A DNA stretch of 64,000 nucleotides from Deinococcota bacterium (GTDB lineage Bacteria; Deinococcota; Deinococci; Deinococcales; Thermaceae), in contig JBGFRI010000037.1 in the NCBI GenBank assembly GCA_041695225.1, positions 32,001 through 96,000 on the forward strand, read 5' to 3'. This document shows, piece after piece, positions 51,402 through 60,947 of the stretch (within the stretch, counting starts at the first letter, position 1; the number at the start of each line of letters is the position of its first letter). Position numbers and translations under genes: made by a program. The notes under the pieces are model-generated. The model worked only from the letters and a program-made list of their open reading frames with translations. It was not told the origin of the DNA and did not search any database.

Positions 51402-53369
51402 CTATGGAAGCAGCGCCACAGCCTGCCAGTAACGCTTTAGACTCTCTCCAAACTGAGGGGCCAGACCCAGTCTATAGGCTACTGCCACCCGTCTACCTAA
51501 CGCGCGTACCAGCGCATCGGGGCTGCTTTCCAGACTGCACAGGGCTTTCTCAGAGAGGGCAATCTGAACCTTTTCGGGATAGGCGGGGGTAACGGGCAGA
51601 CTGAACCAGTAGGCTGCTTCTTCGGGTCTTACCACCACCGCTCCTCGGCTAACGAACCAGTCGGCCCCTTCGGGATGCACGTAGACCATGGCGCCCTGGG
51701 CCACTGCCTGCTGAACCGCCTGGCGGAATGGCCTTGGGATAGCCCAGACCTCCGCTTGATGGTCAGCTGACGGAGAGGGTACTAACGCGGTTGGGCGGTA
51801 CGCCGCAGCACGCAGCTCGATGGTACGCTCACCGTTCCACTCACTCAGCACCAGACCTGCGGCCAGATCGAGCGCTTCGGGCAAATTTTCGCCGTTGTCG
51901 CGCCAGCGGATAACCTTTATTCCGTTCAGACGGAACGACAGGTGCCTGCCCTCGCTTAGCACCCGCACATGCTCCGGCCTGCCCTGCAAGAAAAAAAGCG
52001 GCTCGGGATTACCCTCTCCCAGTGGCTCCAGTAACTGCAATGCTCGGTATAACTCCTCTAAGTCTTCTCCGTCCAGCCAGCCATCCAGGGTGATCTCTGG
52101 CAGCGGCGCAGGAAACTGCCCGGCATACTGCTGGACAGCCCCGGTAAAGGCAGCGATTTCCTCGTCTCTAATGGCAAAACCCGCCGCCTGGGCATGGCCC
52201 CCAAAGCGCTTTAGAAAAGGAGCCGCGTAACGCAAAGCCCCCACCGCACTGATGCCGGGCGTCGAGCGCACCGATCCCTTGCCGTCGGCGATGATGAAGA
52301 CCGGTTTGTAGTAATGCTCCAAAACCCGGCTGGCCACAATCCCCATCACCCCCGGATGCCCCTCGGAATCGTGTATGACCAGGGCAGGGCTACTGGCATC
52401 AATGGTGGGCCAGATGCGCTGGAGCATCTCTTCTTCGATGCGCTGTCGCTGCGCATTGAGCTGGGTGAGGTGCTCGGCCAGCCGACGGGCCTGGAGCAAA
52501 TCCTGGGTGGTCAGGAGTTGCAGGGCTACCTCGGCCTGGCCCAGCCTCGAGGCTGCATTGATGCGGGGAGCGATGCGAAAGGCAATCTCGCTGGCGCTAA
52601 AGGCTTTGCAGTGCTCGGCTGCCAGCACATTTAAGCCCAGATGTGCCGAATCGCGTAGGCGGCGGAGCCCCTCCTGCACCAGGGCCCGGTTGAAGCCCTG
52701 CAAGGGCGCCACGTCGGCCACCGTGCCGATGGCGGCCAGGTCGGCATACTCCAGGGGTGGGTCCTGGCCCAGCAGTGCATACACCTGCCACAGCAGCAGA
52801 AAAGCCACCCCCGAACCGGTGGGATGAGCCTGTCCTGTAAGCTCGGGCGAGAGCGCCGGATGCACAATCAGGCCGGGTGGAGTGTCCCCGGCTGGCGAGT
52901 GGTGGTCGGTTACCAGCACCGAGATACCGTTGTCCACCAGTTCTTTCAGCTCGGCCTGGTTGGTGATGCCGCAGTCTACGGTGATGAAGAGATCGCAGGC
53001 TTCCAGGTGCTCCGGCACCCGATCCACCAGTACCCCATAGCCCTCGCTCAGGCGATGGGGGATAAAAGCGTGAATCTCGGCTCCCAGCTTGCCCAGACCA
53101 TTCAGCAAAATTGCCGTGCCGGTGAGGCCGTCGGCGTCGTAATCGCCATGCACCCGGATCCGCTGGCGCTTCTCCATGGCCTCGATAATCCGCAAGGCGG
53201 CTGGCTTTAGCCCTGCAATCGGCAGGAGCTCGAGGGGAGGGTTTAGGTCTTCCTTGCGCCTGAACCCACGGTTCCAAAGTGCCGAGGCCGCCAGGGGAGA
53301 GATGCCCAGCTGCTCCACCAACGGGCGAAGCTCGGAGATATGGGGCCAGTCACGGAATTTCCAGATCAT
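51402..53369 (-). CDS. recJ: ssDNA exonuclease RecJ
   Basis: GDYDADG, TVDCG, TDHH, GTVADV, PRINA, FGGHAQAAG. Confidence 0.95.
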   Translation of the reverse strand: MIWKFRDWPHISELRPLVEQLGISPLAASALWNRGFRRKEDLNPPLELLPIAGLKPAALRIIEAMEKRQRIRVHGDYDADGLTGTAILLNGLGKLGAEIHAFIPHRLSEGYGVLVDRVPEHLEACDLFITVDCGITNQAELKELVDNGISVLVTDHHSPAGDTPPGLIVHPALSPELTGQAHPTGSGVAFLLLWQVYALLGQDPPLEYADLAAIGTVADVAPLQGFNRALVQEGLRRLRDSAHLGLNVLAAEHCKAFSASEIAFRIAPRINAASRLGQAEVALQLLTTQDLLQARRLAEHLTQLNAQRQRIEEEMLQRIWPTIDASSPALVIHDSEGHPGVMGIVASRVLEHYYKPVFIIADGKGSVRSTPGISAVGALRYAAPFLKRFGGHAQAAGFAIRDEEIAAFTGAVQQYAGQFPAPLPEITLDGWLDGEDLEELYRALQLLEPLGEGNPEPLFFLQGRPEHVRVLSEGRHLSFRLNGIKVIRWRDNGENLPEALDLAAGLVLSEWNGERTIELRAAAYRPTALVPSPSADHQAEVWAIPRPFRQAVQQAVAQGAMVYVHPEGADWFVSRGAVVVRPEEAAYWFSLPVTPAYPEKVQIALSEKALCSLESSPDALVRALGRRVAVAYRLGLAPQFGESLKRYWQAVALLP

Positions 53370-53389
53370 GCAAGGCCTACCAGAGATAC

Positions 53390-53600
53390 ACATGCTGATA
53401 GCTGATAGCCGATGGTCAATGATCTATGGTCCATAGTCTATGGTCCATGGTCTATGGTCGACGGTCAATGGTTCATAGCTGACTTTATGAGACCCTCACG
53501 CTTGAGAGGCCTAGACTCCAGACCCTTGACAAACTCCGGCCTTCGACCCTCGACTATTGACAAACTATGGCCCTCGACTATAGGCGCTTGACTCTTCACT
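53390..53600. repeat. 7-mer arrays (GCTGATA/GTCTATG/CCCTCGA)
   Basis: gctgatagctgatagccgatggtc..tctatggtccatagtctatggtcc. Confidence 0.85.
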
Positions 53601-53614
53601 CCATTAGCCGCCTG

Positions 53615-53926
53615 TTAGAGTAGCCGATCCGGGATGACCGGGGTTTCCTGGGGGTGTTCTCTGCGCAGGGCCTCGAGTTCACTCTGGACCTTGCGCAGTT
53701 CGCGGTAACGTTTGCGCAAGGCCGCCTGGGCATATAACCAACCAGCTAGCACATACAGCCCCATCACGGCCAGGCCCAGTACAAAGGCCCCCAGAATCAG
53801 GAAAACCAGGTGTACGTGGCCCCAGGGGGTTCCCAGCAACAGCCCGGGCTCCAAGGAGTACAGGGCCCACGCCGCTGCGGCTATGGCCAGCGTGATCAAG
53901 AAAGCCAGACCATTGAGGAATTTCAT
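53615..53926 (-). CDS. LapA (DUF1049)-like small membrane protein
   Basis: two TM helices then a basic coiled coil. Confidence 0.7.
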   Translation of the reverse strand: MKFLNGLAFLITLAIAAAAWALYSLEPGLLLGTPWGHVHLVFLILGAFVLGLAVMGLYVLAGWLYAQAALRKRYRELRKVQSELEALRREHPQETPVIPDRLL

Positions 53927-53964
53927 GTCAGAAGTTTACCCCAGAACTTGCAACCCCACGGCAG

Positions 53965-54666
53965 TCAGACCCATTTCTTGAGGTCAATACGGCCCTCGTA
54001 AATGGCTTTGCCAGTAATGGCCCCTTCCACACCCAGGCTCTTAAGACCCTCAATATCCGCGTCTGAGGCAATTCCCCCTCCGGCAATCAGGAAGCCCGGC
54101 CAGGCTGCACGAACTTCGCGCACCACCTCTAGGTCGAGCCCGGCCAGGGTGCCATCCCGGCGTACATCTGTATAAATCAGGGTGCGTACTCCCATCTGCC
54201 ACATCCGCTGGCTCAACTCGGGCACCCGGAGGGCAGTTCCTTCCACCCAGCCCGAAACCACCACCTCCATCCCTCTGGCATCCAGGCTCACCACCACCCG
54301 CTCGGCCCCAAACTCCCTTAGCATCTGGCGCAACACTTCCGGAGCCTTGACCGCTACCGTGCCCACCACCACCCGGCTGGCTCCCAAAGCGAGAATTTCC
54401 CTGGCCGTCTCCACACTACGCACCCCACCCCCCACTTCAAAGGGGATGGTGATTTTGCCGGCAATCGCCCGGATTATGGCCCGGTTTTCCCCCCGGCCGG
54501 TGGCTGCATCCAGGTCTACCAGGTGCAGCATTCTGGCGCCTTGCTTTTCGAAGTGCAAAGCTGCTTCGGTGGGATCTTCGTAATAGACGGTTTCCTGGCT
54601 GGGGTCGCCTTCATACAGGCGGACAGCCCGGCCAGACTGGATATCTACCGCAGGAATGACCAGCAC
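53965..54666 (-). CDS. hisA: ProFAR isomerase HisA
   Basis: IPAVDI..GRAVRL, LHLVDLD, EVGGGVR, TDVRRDGTL. Confidence 0.95.
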   Translation of the reverse strand: MLVIPAVDIQSGRAVRLYEGDPSQETVYYEDPTEAALHFEKQGARMLHLVDLDAATGRGENRAIIRAIAGKITIPFEVGGGVRSVETAREILALGASRVVVGTVAVKAPEVLRQMLREFGAERVVVSLDARGMEVVVSGWVEGTALRVPELSQRMWQMGVRTLIYTDVRRDGTLAGLDLEVVREVRAAWPGFLIAGGGIASDADIEGLKSLGVEGAITGKAIYEGRIDLKKWV

Positions 54667-54760
54667 TCGCGGATTGTATACCAGGATTGCTGGTAAGTAG
54701 TTTTCAACTATATCTTGAGTGATGATCCGACGGGAGCTCGCACAGGATGTCTAGCACGCG

Positions 54761-54950
54761 ATGAACCTAAGTGTGTCAAGTAGACCAGTTGCTCGCCAGG
54801 TAAATCCCCCCGGCCTACGGCCTCCCCCCTTAGTAACGGGGTAAAGGGGGATTGAGCCCCCCTTTAACAAGGGGGGTTGGGGGGATTGAACAGTGCGCCA
54901 GCCTGCTGCCAAACTCTGTTGACACACGCGCCTTGCACGGTGACGACCCA
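54761..54950 (+). repeat. MITE-like palindromic repeat family C, copy 2
   Basis: inverted repeats GTGTGTCAA (54771-54779) and TTGACACAC (54919-54927). Confidence 0.85.
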
Positions 54951-55103
54951 GCCAGTTTGCAATGATCGTTAGGGGTTATCTGCCGATTCAGCCTGGAGCA
55001 ACTTAACTGGCTCCCGAGGCGATAGCAGAAGCCCTGGGTGCGCCAAAGAAAGGACGCGTTTAGCGGCGGTTTTTGGCTTGCCGATGTCGAATGAACCCAG
55101 TCA

Positions 55104-56000
55104 TCAGTAAATCTTTTTTCCCAGCAGGCTGCTGGCGAGTTCTACCATTATTCTGGCCGTGCGGTTGGCAATGTCGAGAATGGGGTTCACCTCAACCAGA
55201 TCCAGGCTGGTGACAATTTTAGCGTCGGCCAGCAGCTCCATCAGCAGATGCGCCTCGCGGTAGGTCAGGCCCCCGGCCACGGGCGTTCCCACCCCCGGCG
55301 CGATTTCGGGGTCGAGCACGTCGGCATCGAGGGAGACATGTACCCTGGCAAAACCCCGAAGTTTGTCCACCGCCGCCTGAGCAATAGCCGGAATGCCCTT
55401 CACATCAATTTCTTTCATGGTGAAAACCGTCACCCCCCGCTCGCGCAATAGCCTGACCTCGCCGGCATCCAGGCTACGAATCCCGATCAGCACCACGTCT
55501 TCGGGCCGGACCTTGGCCCCAGGGTGGCTCAGGTTTACCAGGCGCTCGTCTCCCAGGCCGCACAGGTGTGCTAGGGGCATCCCGTGAATATTGCCGCTGG
55601 GGCTGGTCTGGGGCGTGTTGAAATCGGCGTGGGCATCTACCCAGACCACCCCGATGCGCTCACCACGCCCAGCCCCGGTTACCGAACCCATGGCGATGGA
55701 GTGGTCGCCGCCCAGCACGATGGGAAACACCTCGGAAGGCAGCTGCTTTAGGGTCTGGGCCGTCTCCAGGCAGACCGTGCGGATGGCCTCGAGGTAGCCC
55801 ATGCCACTCGGTTTGTCCTGCTGCTGGCGCAGGCTCTCGGCCACCGGCACCTTGATATCGCCATAATCGTTTACGAGGTGGCCTAGCCCGGTCAGCACCT
55901 CCTGCAAACGCCCATAGCGGATCGCGCTGGGCCCCATGTCTACCCCACGCCGCCCCTGGCCCAGATCCATGGGAACCCCCACAATAACTATCTGCTTCAT
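55104..56000 (-). CDS. rocF: arginase
   Basis: GVDMGPSA, GGDHS, DAHADFNT, SGNIHGMP, SLDADVLDP. Confidence 0.95.
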   Translation of the reverse strand: MKQIVIVGVPMDLGQGRRGVDMGPSAIRYGRLQEVLTGLGHLVNDYGDIKVPVAESLRQQQDKPSGMGYLEAIRTVCLETAQTLKQLPSEVFPIVLGGDHSIAMGSVTGAGRGERIGVVWVDAHADFNTPQTSPSGNIHGMPLAHLCGLGDERLVNLSHPGAKVRPEDVVLIGIRSLDAGEVRLLRERGVTVFTMKEIDVKGIPAIAQAAVDKLRGFARVHVSLDADVLDPEIAPGVGTPVAGGLTYREAHLLMELLADAKIVTSLDLVEVNPILDIANRTARIMVELASSLLGKKIY

Positions 56001-56309
56001 ATGCCCCCAGTTTACGCGGACCGGCAATCATACTCCTCAGAGCCACCCTCGGCAACAGGGTGGTTCGCTCAAAAAACCAGCACTGCACATGACCGCCAGT
56101 GGGTTTGAGCTGTGGTCATCAGGCCGTAGAATACGGGCGGCATGTGGCCCCAAGCAGTCCTGCCCCTTTTACCGGGCAGGATCTGCTTACCTCCCAGGCA
56201 CGGTGTGGCACCAACCTGCAACTGCTGCTCGAGGCTCGGTGGCCAGGTTTTGCGTGTACGTGAACCCCCGCAGCGTTCGTTAGTTAAACCGAAAAGGAGA
56301 GTTTCTACT

Positions 56310-57245
56310 ATGAAAATTGCTGCAAATGTTACCGAGCTGATTGGTAACACCCCGCTGGTGCGTCTTAACCGGGTTACTGCTGGCGCGGTGGCGGAGGTGG
56401 TGGCCAAACTCGAGTTCTATAACCCCGGCTTGAGCGTTAAAGACCGAATTGGGGTTGCCATGATTGACGCTGCCGAAAGGGACGGATTGCTAAATAAAGA
56501 CAAAACCATTGTCGAGCCCACCAGCGGCAACACCGGCATTGCCCTGGCGATGGTGGCAGCCGCCAGGGGGTATCGCTGCATCCTGACCATGCCCGAGACC
56601 ATGAGCAAGGAGCGGCGTATTTTGCTTCGGGCCTATGGGGCAGAGCTGGTGCTGACCCCCGGACCGGAGGGGATGAGCGGCGCAGTGCGCAAGGCCGAGG
56701 AGATTGTGGCCACCGCTCCAGACAAATACTTCATGCCGCAGCAGTTTAAGAACCCGGCCAACCCGGAGATTCACCGCCGCACCACCGCCTTAGAGCTCTG
56801 GAACGATACCGCGGGCCAGATTGACATTCTGGTCTGCGGAGTCGGCACCGGGGGAACCATTACCGGCGTCGGCGAGGTCATCAAGAGCCGCAATCCGTCC
56901 TTCAAGGCCATAGCGGTTGAGCCGGACGCCTCGCCGGTGCTGTCAGGCGGCGCTAAAGGACTACACAAAATTCAGGGTATTGGGGCGGGCTTTGTGCCGG
57001 AGGTACTGAACACCCGTATCTACGACGAGGTTATCCGGGTGACCGATGAAGACGCCATAGCGACTGCCCGCCGCCTGGCCAGAGAGGAGGGCCTTCTGGT
57101 GGGGATTTCGGCGGGCGCTGCGGTCTGGGCGGCTTTGCAGGTAGCCAGCCGCCCAGAAAATTCAGGCAGACTGCTGGTGGTCATCATCCCCTCGTTCGGC
57201 GAACGCTACTTGTCCTCTTCCTTGTACGCCCATCTATCGGACTAA
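56310..57245 (+). CDS. cysK: cysteine synthase A
   Basis: IGNTPLV, SVKDRIG, PTSGNTG, GTGGT, HKIQGIG; SD AAGGAG. Confidence 0.96.
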   Translation: MKIAANVTELIGNTPLVRLNRVTAGAVAEVVAKLEFYNPGLSVKDRIGVAMIDAAERDGLLNKDKTIVEPTSGNTGIALAMVAAARGYRCILTMPETMSKERRILLRAYGAELVLTPGPEGMSGAVRKAEEIVATAPDKYFMPQQFKNPANPEIHRRTTALELWNDTAGQIDILVCGVGTGGTITGVGEVIKSRNPSFKAIAVEPDASPVLSGGAKGLHKIQGIGAGFVPEVLNTRIYDEVIRVTDEDAIATARRLAREEGLLVGISAGAAVWAALQVASRPENSGRLLVVIIPSFGERYLSSSLYAHLSD

Positions 57246-57357
57246 CCTGGTGGCCAGGCGCTACACCAGGTAAAGGTCGAGACCCGGGTTTCCCGGTGAC
57301 GCAGGTTGAACCCAGCCTTACGGTAAAAGCTGTTATTACCGGGTAGACTAAGGCAGG

Positions 57358-57906
57358 ATGAAAGCGATTCACAGCATCAACCTGTCGCGCCTGATGCGGG
57401 AGGGTGGCAGCACCGACACCACAGGTGAGATCCTGGACTACCTTACCCTGGAGCACGAGCGCATTCCCCTCGAGGGCCTGGCCAAGTGGAGTGTTGGAAT
57501 TACCAGGGTAGAGGGCGAGGGTGGGCAGGAGTTCTGGCTTTCGGGCGAAATTGCGGGTAATGCCATTCTGGAGTGTCGCCGCTGCCTCAGGCCAACTCCC
57601 ACCCCGGTGCGCGCCCACTTTCAGTACATGCTGCGCTACAAGCCCGGTTTATCGCACCTCGAGGCTATCGAGGAAGACCACGAAGAAATCTTGCTCTTTG
57701 GTCACCCTGACCTTGATTTGGGGCCACTGCTTAGCGAGGCTTTCGCCCTCGAGATACCCTACACCACCCTGTGCAAAGCCGACTGCCGGGGCCTCTGCCC
57801 GGTTTGTGGCGCTAACCGCAACCAGCAAGACTGCGGCCACCAGGAAGAACCCCAGACCAGGCTGGGCGCCGAGCTTTCCCGGTTGCTGGGCGATGTGAAG
57901 GGCTAA
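57358..57906 (+). CDS. DUF177/YceD family protein
   Basis: ECRRCL, CKADCRGLCPVCG. Confidence 0.9.
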   Translation: MKAIHSINLSRLMREGGSTDTTGEILDYLTLEHERIPLEGLAKWSVGITRVEGEGGQEFWLSGEIAGNAILECRRCLRPTPTPVRAHFQYMLRYKPGLSHLEAIEEDHEEILLFGHPDLDLGPLLSEAFALEIPYTTLCKADCRGLCPVCGANRNQQDCGHQEEPQTRLGAELSRLLGDVKG

Positions 57907-58029
57907 CCTTCCCACGTCTACACTCCGCAATAGCAATAGGTTTTGCCGGGCACAGGGCAGCATCCTTTGGTACCCGTTCCTGACCCTGAGTAAAGCCATC
58001 AACTGGCCTTTGGTTTTATCCTTTTACCT

Positions 58030-58914
58030 ATGCGTCTGCACCCCGAAGTAGCCCATGCCCTCAAGACCAGGCAACCGGTGGTAGCCCTCGAGTCCACCGT
58101 TATCACCCACGGCCTGCCGCGCCCAGTAAACCTTGACCTGGCCTGCAAGCTCGAGGATACCGTGCGCCGGGCCGGGGCAACCCCCGCTACCATCGCTCTC
58201 GTGAAAGGAGAGGTGGTAGTGGGCCTGAGCCTTCACGAGCTACATGCCATCGCTGCCGATGACACGGCTGACAAAGCCAGCCTGTGGAACCTGGCTGTAC
58301 TGGTCGCCCAGGGCAAAAGCGCAGGCACTACCGTGGCCGCTACCACTTTCCTGGCCCACCGGGCCGGTATTCAGGTCTTTGCCACCGGCGGAATTGGCGG
58401 GGTACACCCGCATCCCTACGATGAATCGGCAGATTTGCTCGAGCTCTCCCGCACCCCCATTCTAGTGGTATCGGCTGGCCCCAAAAGCATCCTCGACCTG
58501 GCTGCCACACTCGAACGCCTGGAGTCGCTGGGTGTGGCCTTGCTGGGCTATGGAACCAGCCACCTGCCAGCGTTTCACAGCCCTGCCAGCCCCTATCCTC
58601 TGCCAGCCCGCGTCGAGTCGGCCAGCGAGGCCGCCAGGACTTTTCTGGCAGCCCGAGGATTAGGGCTACCCGGCGCCACGCTGGTGCTAAACCCCATCTC
58701 CCAGGGTCTGGATTTTGGCCAGGTGCAGCGCTGGGTCGGGCAAGCTACACAAGAGGCAGCCAGAACCGGGGTTAGCGGCAAGGCCCTGACGCCCTTCCTG
58801 TTGCGGCGCATTTCCGAGCTGAGTGGGGGCCAGAGCGACAAAGCCAATTTGCGCCTGCTGGAAGAGAATGCTGGCCTGGCTGCACAAATTGCGCTGGCCC
58901 TGGCCCGGCTATAG
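58030..58914 (+). CDS. psuG: pseudouridine-5'-phosphate glycosidase
   Basis: VVALESTVITHGLP, ATGGIGGVH, DESADL, GKALTPFLL. Confidence 0.93.
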   Translation: MRLHPEVAHALKTRQPVVALESTVITHGLPRPVNLDLACKLEDTVRRAGATPATIALVKGEVVVGLSLHELHAIAADDTADKASLWNLAVLVAQGKSAGTTVAATTFLAHRAGIQVFATGGIGGVHPHPYDESADLLELSRTPILVVSAGPKSILDLAATLERLESLGVALLGYGTSHLPAFHSPASPYPLPARVESASEAARTFLAARGLGLPGATLVLNPISQGLDFGQVQRWVGQATQEAARTGVSGKALTPFLLRRISELSGGQSDKANLRLLEENAGLAAQIALALARL

Positions 58915-58923
58915 CCTGCTGCA

Positions 58924-59167
58924 CTTTTGTGAGGCGTCTCAAGTCCCAGGTCTTTTTGGCTTGCGAGCTGCGACCTGCGAAACAGGCGCTAACGCGCCTG
59001 GTCGAAGGTCTGAAGACAAAGGTCGAAGGCCAGAACGCGAGGCAGTCGCAGACCTTAGACCTTAGACTTGCGACGATAGGAGCACTTGACCTTCGACCTG
59101 CGACATCTTTTGTGAAGCGTCAGGCCCCCGCCTCGAACTCCGGGGTCCCTCAGGTTGGATGGACACT
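58924..59167 (-). repeat. dispersed composite repeat family A, copy 3 (longer, with internal module)
   Basis: reverse complement of 21521-21647 with an extra ~115-bp interior partly shared with 14870-14940. Confidence 0.8.
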
Positions 59168-59228
59168 TTTCACTGTCAGATGACCACTCATATACACCTG
59201 CTGGCTGGGTAGCATAGAATAAGGGGTC

Positions 59229-60134
59229 ATGTGTGAGCTGGGTAAGCGGCTGAGAGAGTCCCGTGAGGCCAAGGGGCTCGAGCTAGCCCAGGCCGCAGAG
59301 CTTCTCAAGATGCGACGGAATATTCTCGAGGCCCTCGAGGACTGCCGCTTTGACCAACTACCCGAGCCCGCCCTGGCCCGCGGTTACCTCAAACGTTATG
59401 CCCAACTGCTGGGCCTAGATCCGGCCCCCCTGCTCGCGCTTTACCCGGTCGGCATCCCCCAGCTTTCGGGGCCAGCCGGTTCGGCCCAGACCAGTTCTAC
59501 CTTCCCAACCCCTCGGTGGCTGTGGCTGATGCCGCTGGTTTTGCTGCTGGTGGTGCTGGGCTGGTTTGGGCTTCGGCTACTGAGCCCGCAGGTTGCGCCT
59601 GCTCCAGTGCAAAACCTCCCCGCTCCGGTCACGCCTCCGCCTGTACCGCAGATCAATTTGCGAGTCGCCACCCAGCCTACCGGCGCCCGGGTCTACCTGG
59701 ATGGCTTTTTGTTGGGTCAGGCCCCCCTCGAGGCCCGGGTGGAGGCCGGCCAGCGTACCCTGCGCATTGAGGCGCCTGGCTATCACAAATACGAACAAGC
59801 GCTTACCCTGCAGTCTGACCGCAGTCTCAGCTTTGCCCTGACGCCCATTCCCCCTGCGCCCAGGGCGCCCCAACCACCGGCTCCAGCTACCCCCATACCC
59901 ACTACGGGCCTGGTGCTGAGGCTCGAGGGGACCAGCTGGATCCGTGTCACCGACCCACGCACGGGCCGGCTGCTCTACGAAGGCACCGTGCCCGGCGGAA
60001 CAGACCTCAGCTATCCATTGCCGGTGGCAGTTCGAGTTGGCAATGCCGGGGCTGTACGGGTGATTCTGAACGGGCAGGACCGGGGCCTGATGGGCAGGAC
60101 GGGTCAGGTGGTGGTGCAGACCTTCGGGCAGTAG
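59229..60134 (+). CDS. RodZ-like HTH protein with TM, PEGA and DUF4115 domains
   Basis: LGKRLRESRE..RGYLKRYAQLLGLD; TQPTGARVYLDG (PEGA); SWIRV..VGNAGAV. Confidence 0.85.
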   Translation: MCELGKRLRESREAKGLELAQAAELLKMRRNILEALEDCRFDQLPEPALARGYLKRYAQLLGLDPAPLLALYPVGIPQLSGPAGSAQTSSTFPTPRWLWLMPLVLLLVVLGWFGLRLLSPQVAPAPVQNLPAPVTPPPVPQINLRVATQPTGARVYLDGFLLGQAPLEARVEAGQRTLRIEAPGYHKYEQALTLQSDRSLSFALTPIPPAPRAPQPPAPATPIPTTGLVLRLEGTSWIRVTDPRTGRLLYEGTVPGGTDLSYPLPVAVRVGNAGAVRVILNGQDRGLMGRTGQVVVQTFGQ

Positions 60135-60608
60135 GTTTTTCACCTTGCTTATGGTGGTTGGTGCCGTAAACACGATGAAAAGTAGTTATGGCCTTTCGGG
60201 CCGCAGTTCTGCCGCCTGAGGTCCATGGAATGCTTCAGCGAACTTCGTGCAAAGTCACTCTGGTAGGTCTTGCGGGCTTAGACTGAAGTCCCTGCTGATG
60301 AAAGCGGAGAAAATGATGCCTGGGACAGGGAATGGTGGCTCTGAACGGCGTCTGAGTATACCCATGTAGCAGTGGTCACATCTCCCGCGCATCACCACCA
60401 GTCGCCTGTGACAATGGCTCTGCCTTGGGGCGGCGAAAGGCCGTCTGGGTACAGAAGGGTCGAGAGTCGAGGGCAGAGGGTCTAGGGTGAAGGGCAGATA
60501 GTCGAGGGCCAAGCCTAGAAGGACCTGCCCAGGACGATGACGCGGCCGAGGAGCTATGTAAGCTTTTCTGGTCAGCAGAAACCCCTTGCCCAGCCCTGGG
60601 AACTTCAG

Positions 60609-60942
60609 CCTAACCTCCACCGTCAAGGGGAGGAACTGCTCTACCGAGTGTTTTATATGAGTCACACGGTCTGGTCATGTAAAGAATCCGAGTAACTCCC
60701 TCCCCTGTGAGGCTGGTTAGCCAGTTCTGAGCAGGTAGAAAATAACTCCAGATCACCTCCCCCCGTGCGGGGGAGGGCTGGGAGGGGGGTCTCGGCGCCA
60801 GCGGAGCTTTTCTCTTCCTGTCTCAACGCTTCGCCTTTGGCTCACACCCCCACCTAACCTCCCCCGTCGAGGGGGAGGAACTACTCTACCGGGTTTTTTA
60901 CATGAGTCACACAACCTGGCCATGTAAACAATCCGGGTAACT
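60609..60942. repeat. two ~90-bp direct repeats flanking CCTCCCCC..GGGGGAGG palindromes
   Basis: 60609-60697 and 60853-60942 align. Confidence 0.8.
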
Positions 60943-60947
60943 TCGGG

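Noticed and set aside
54771..54927. HEARO/omegaRNA
   Set aside because: It begins GTCAA, but no iscB follows; it is better explained as an inverted-repeat-bounded palindromic element.
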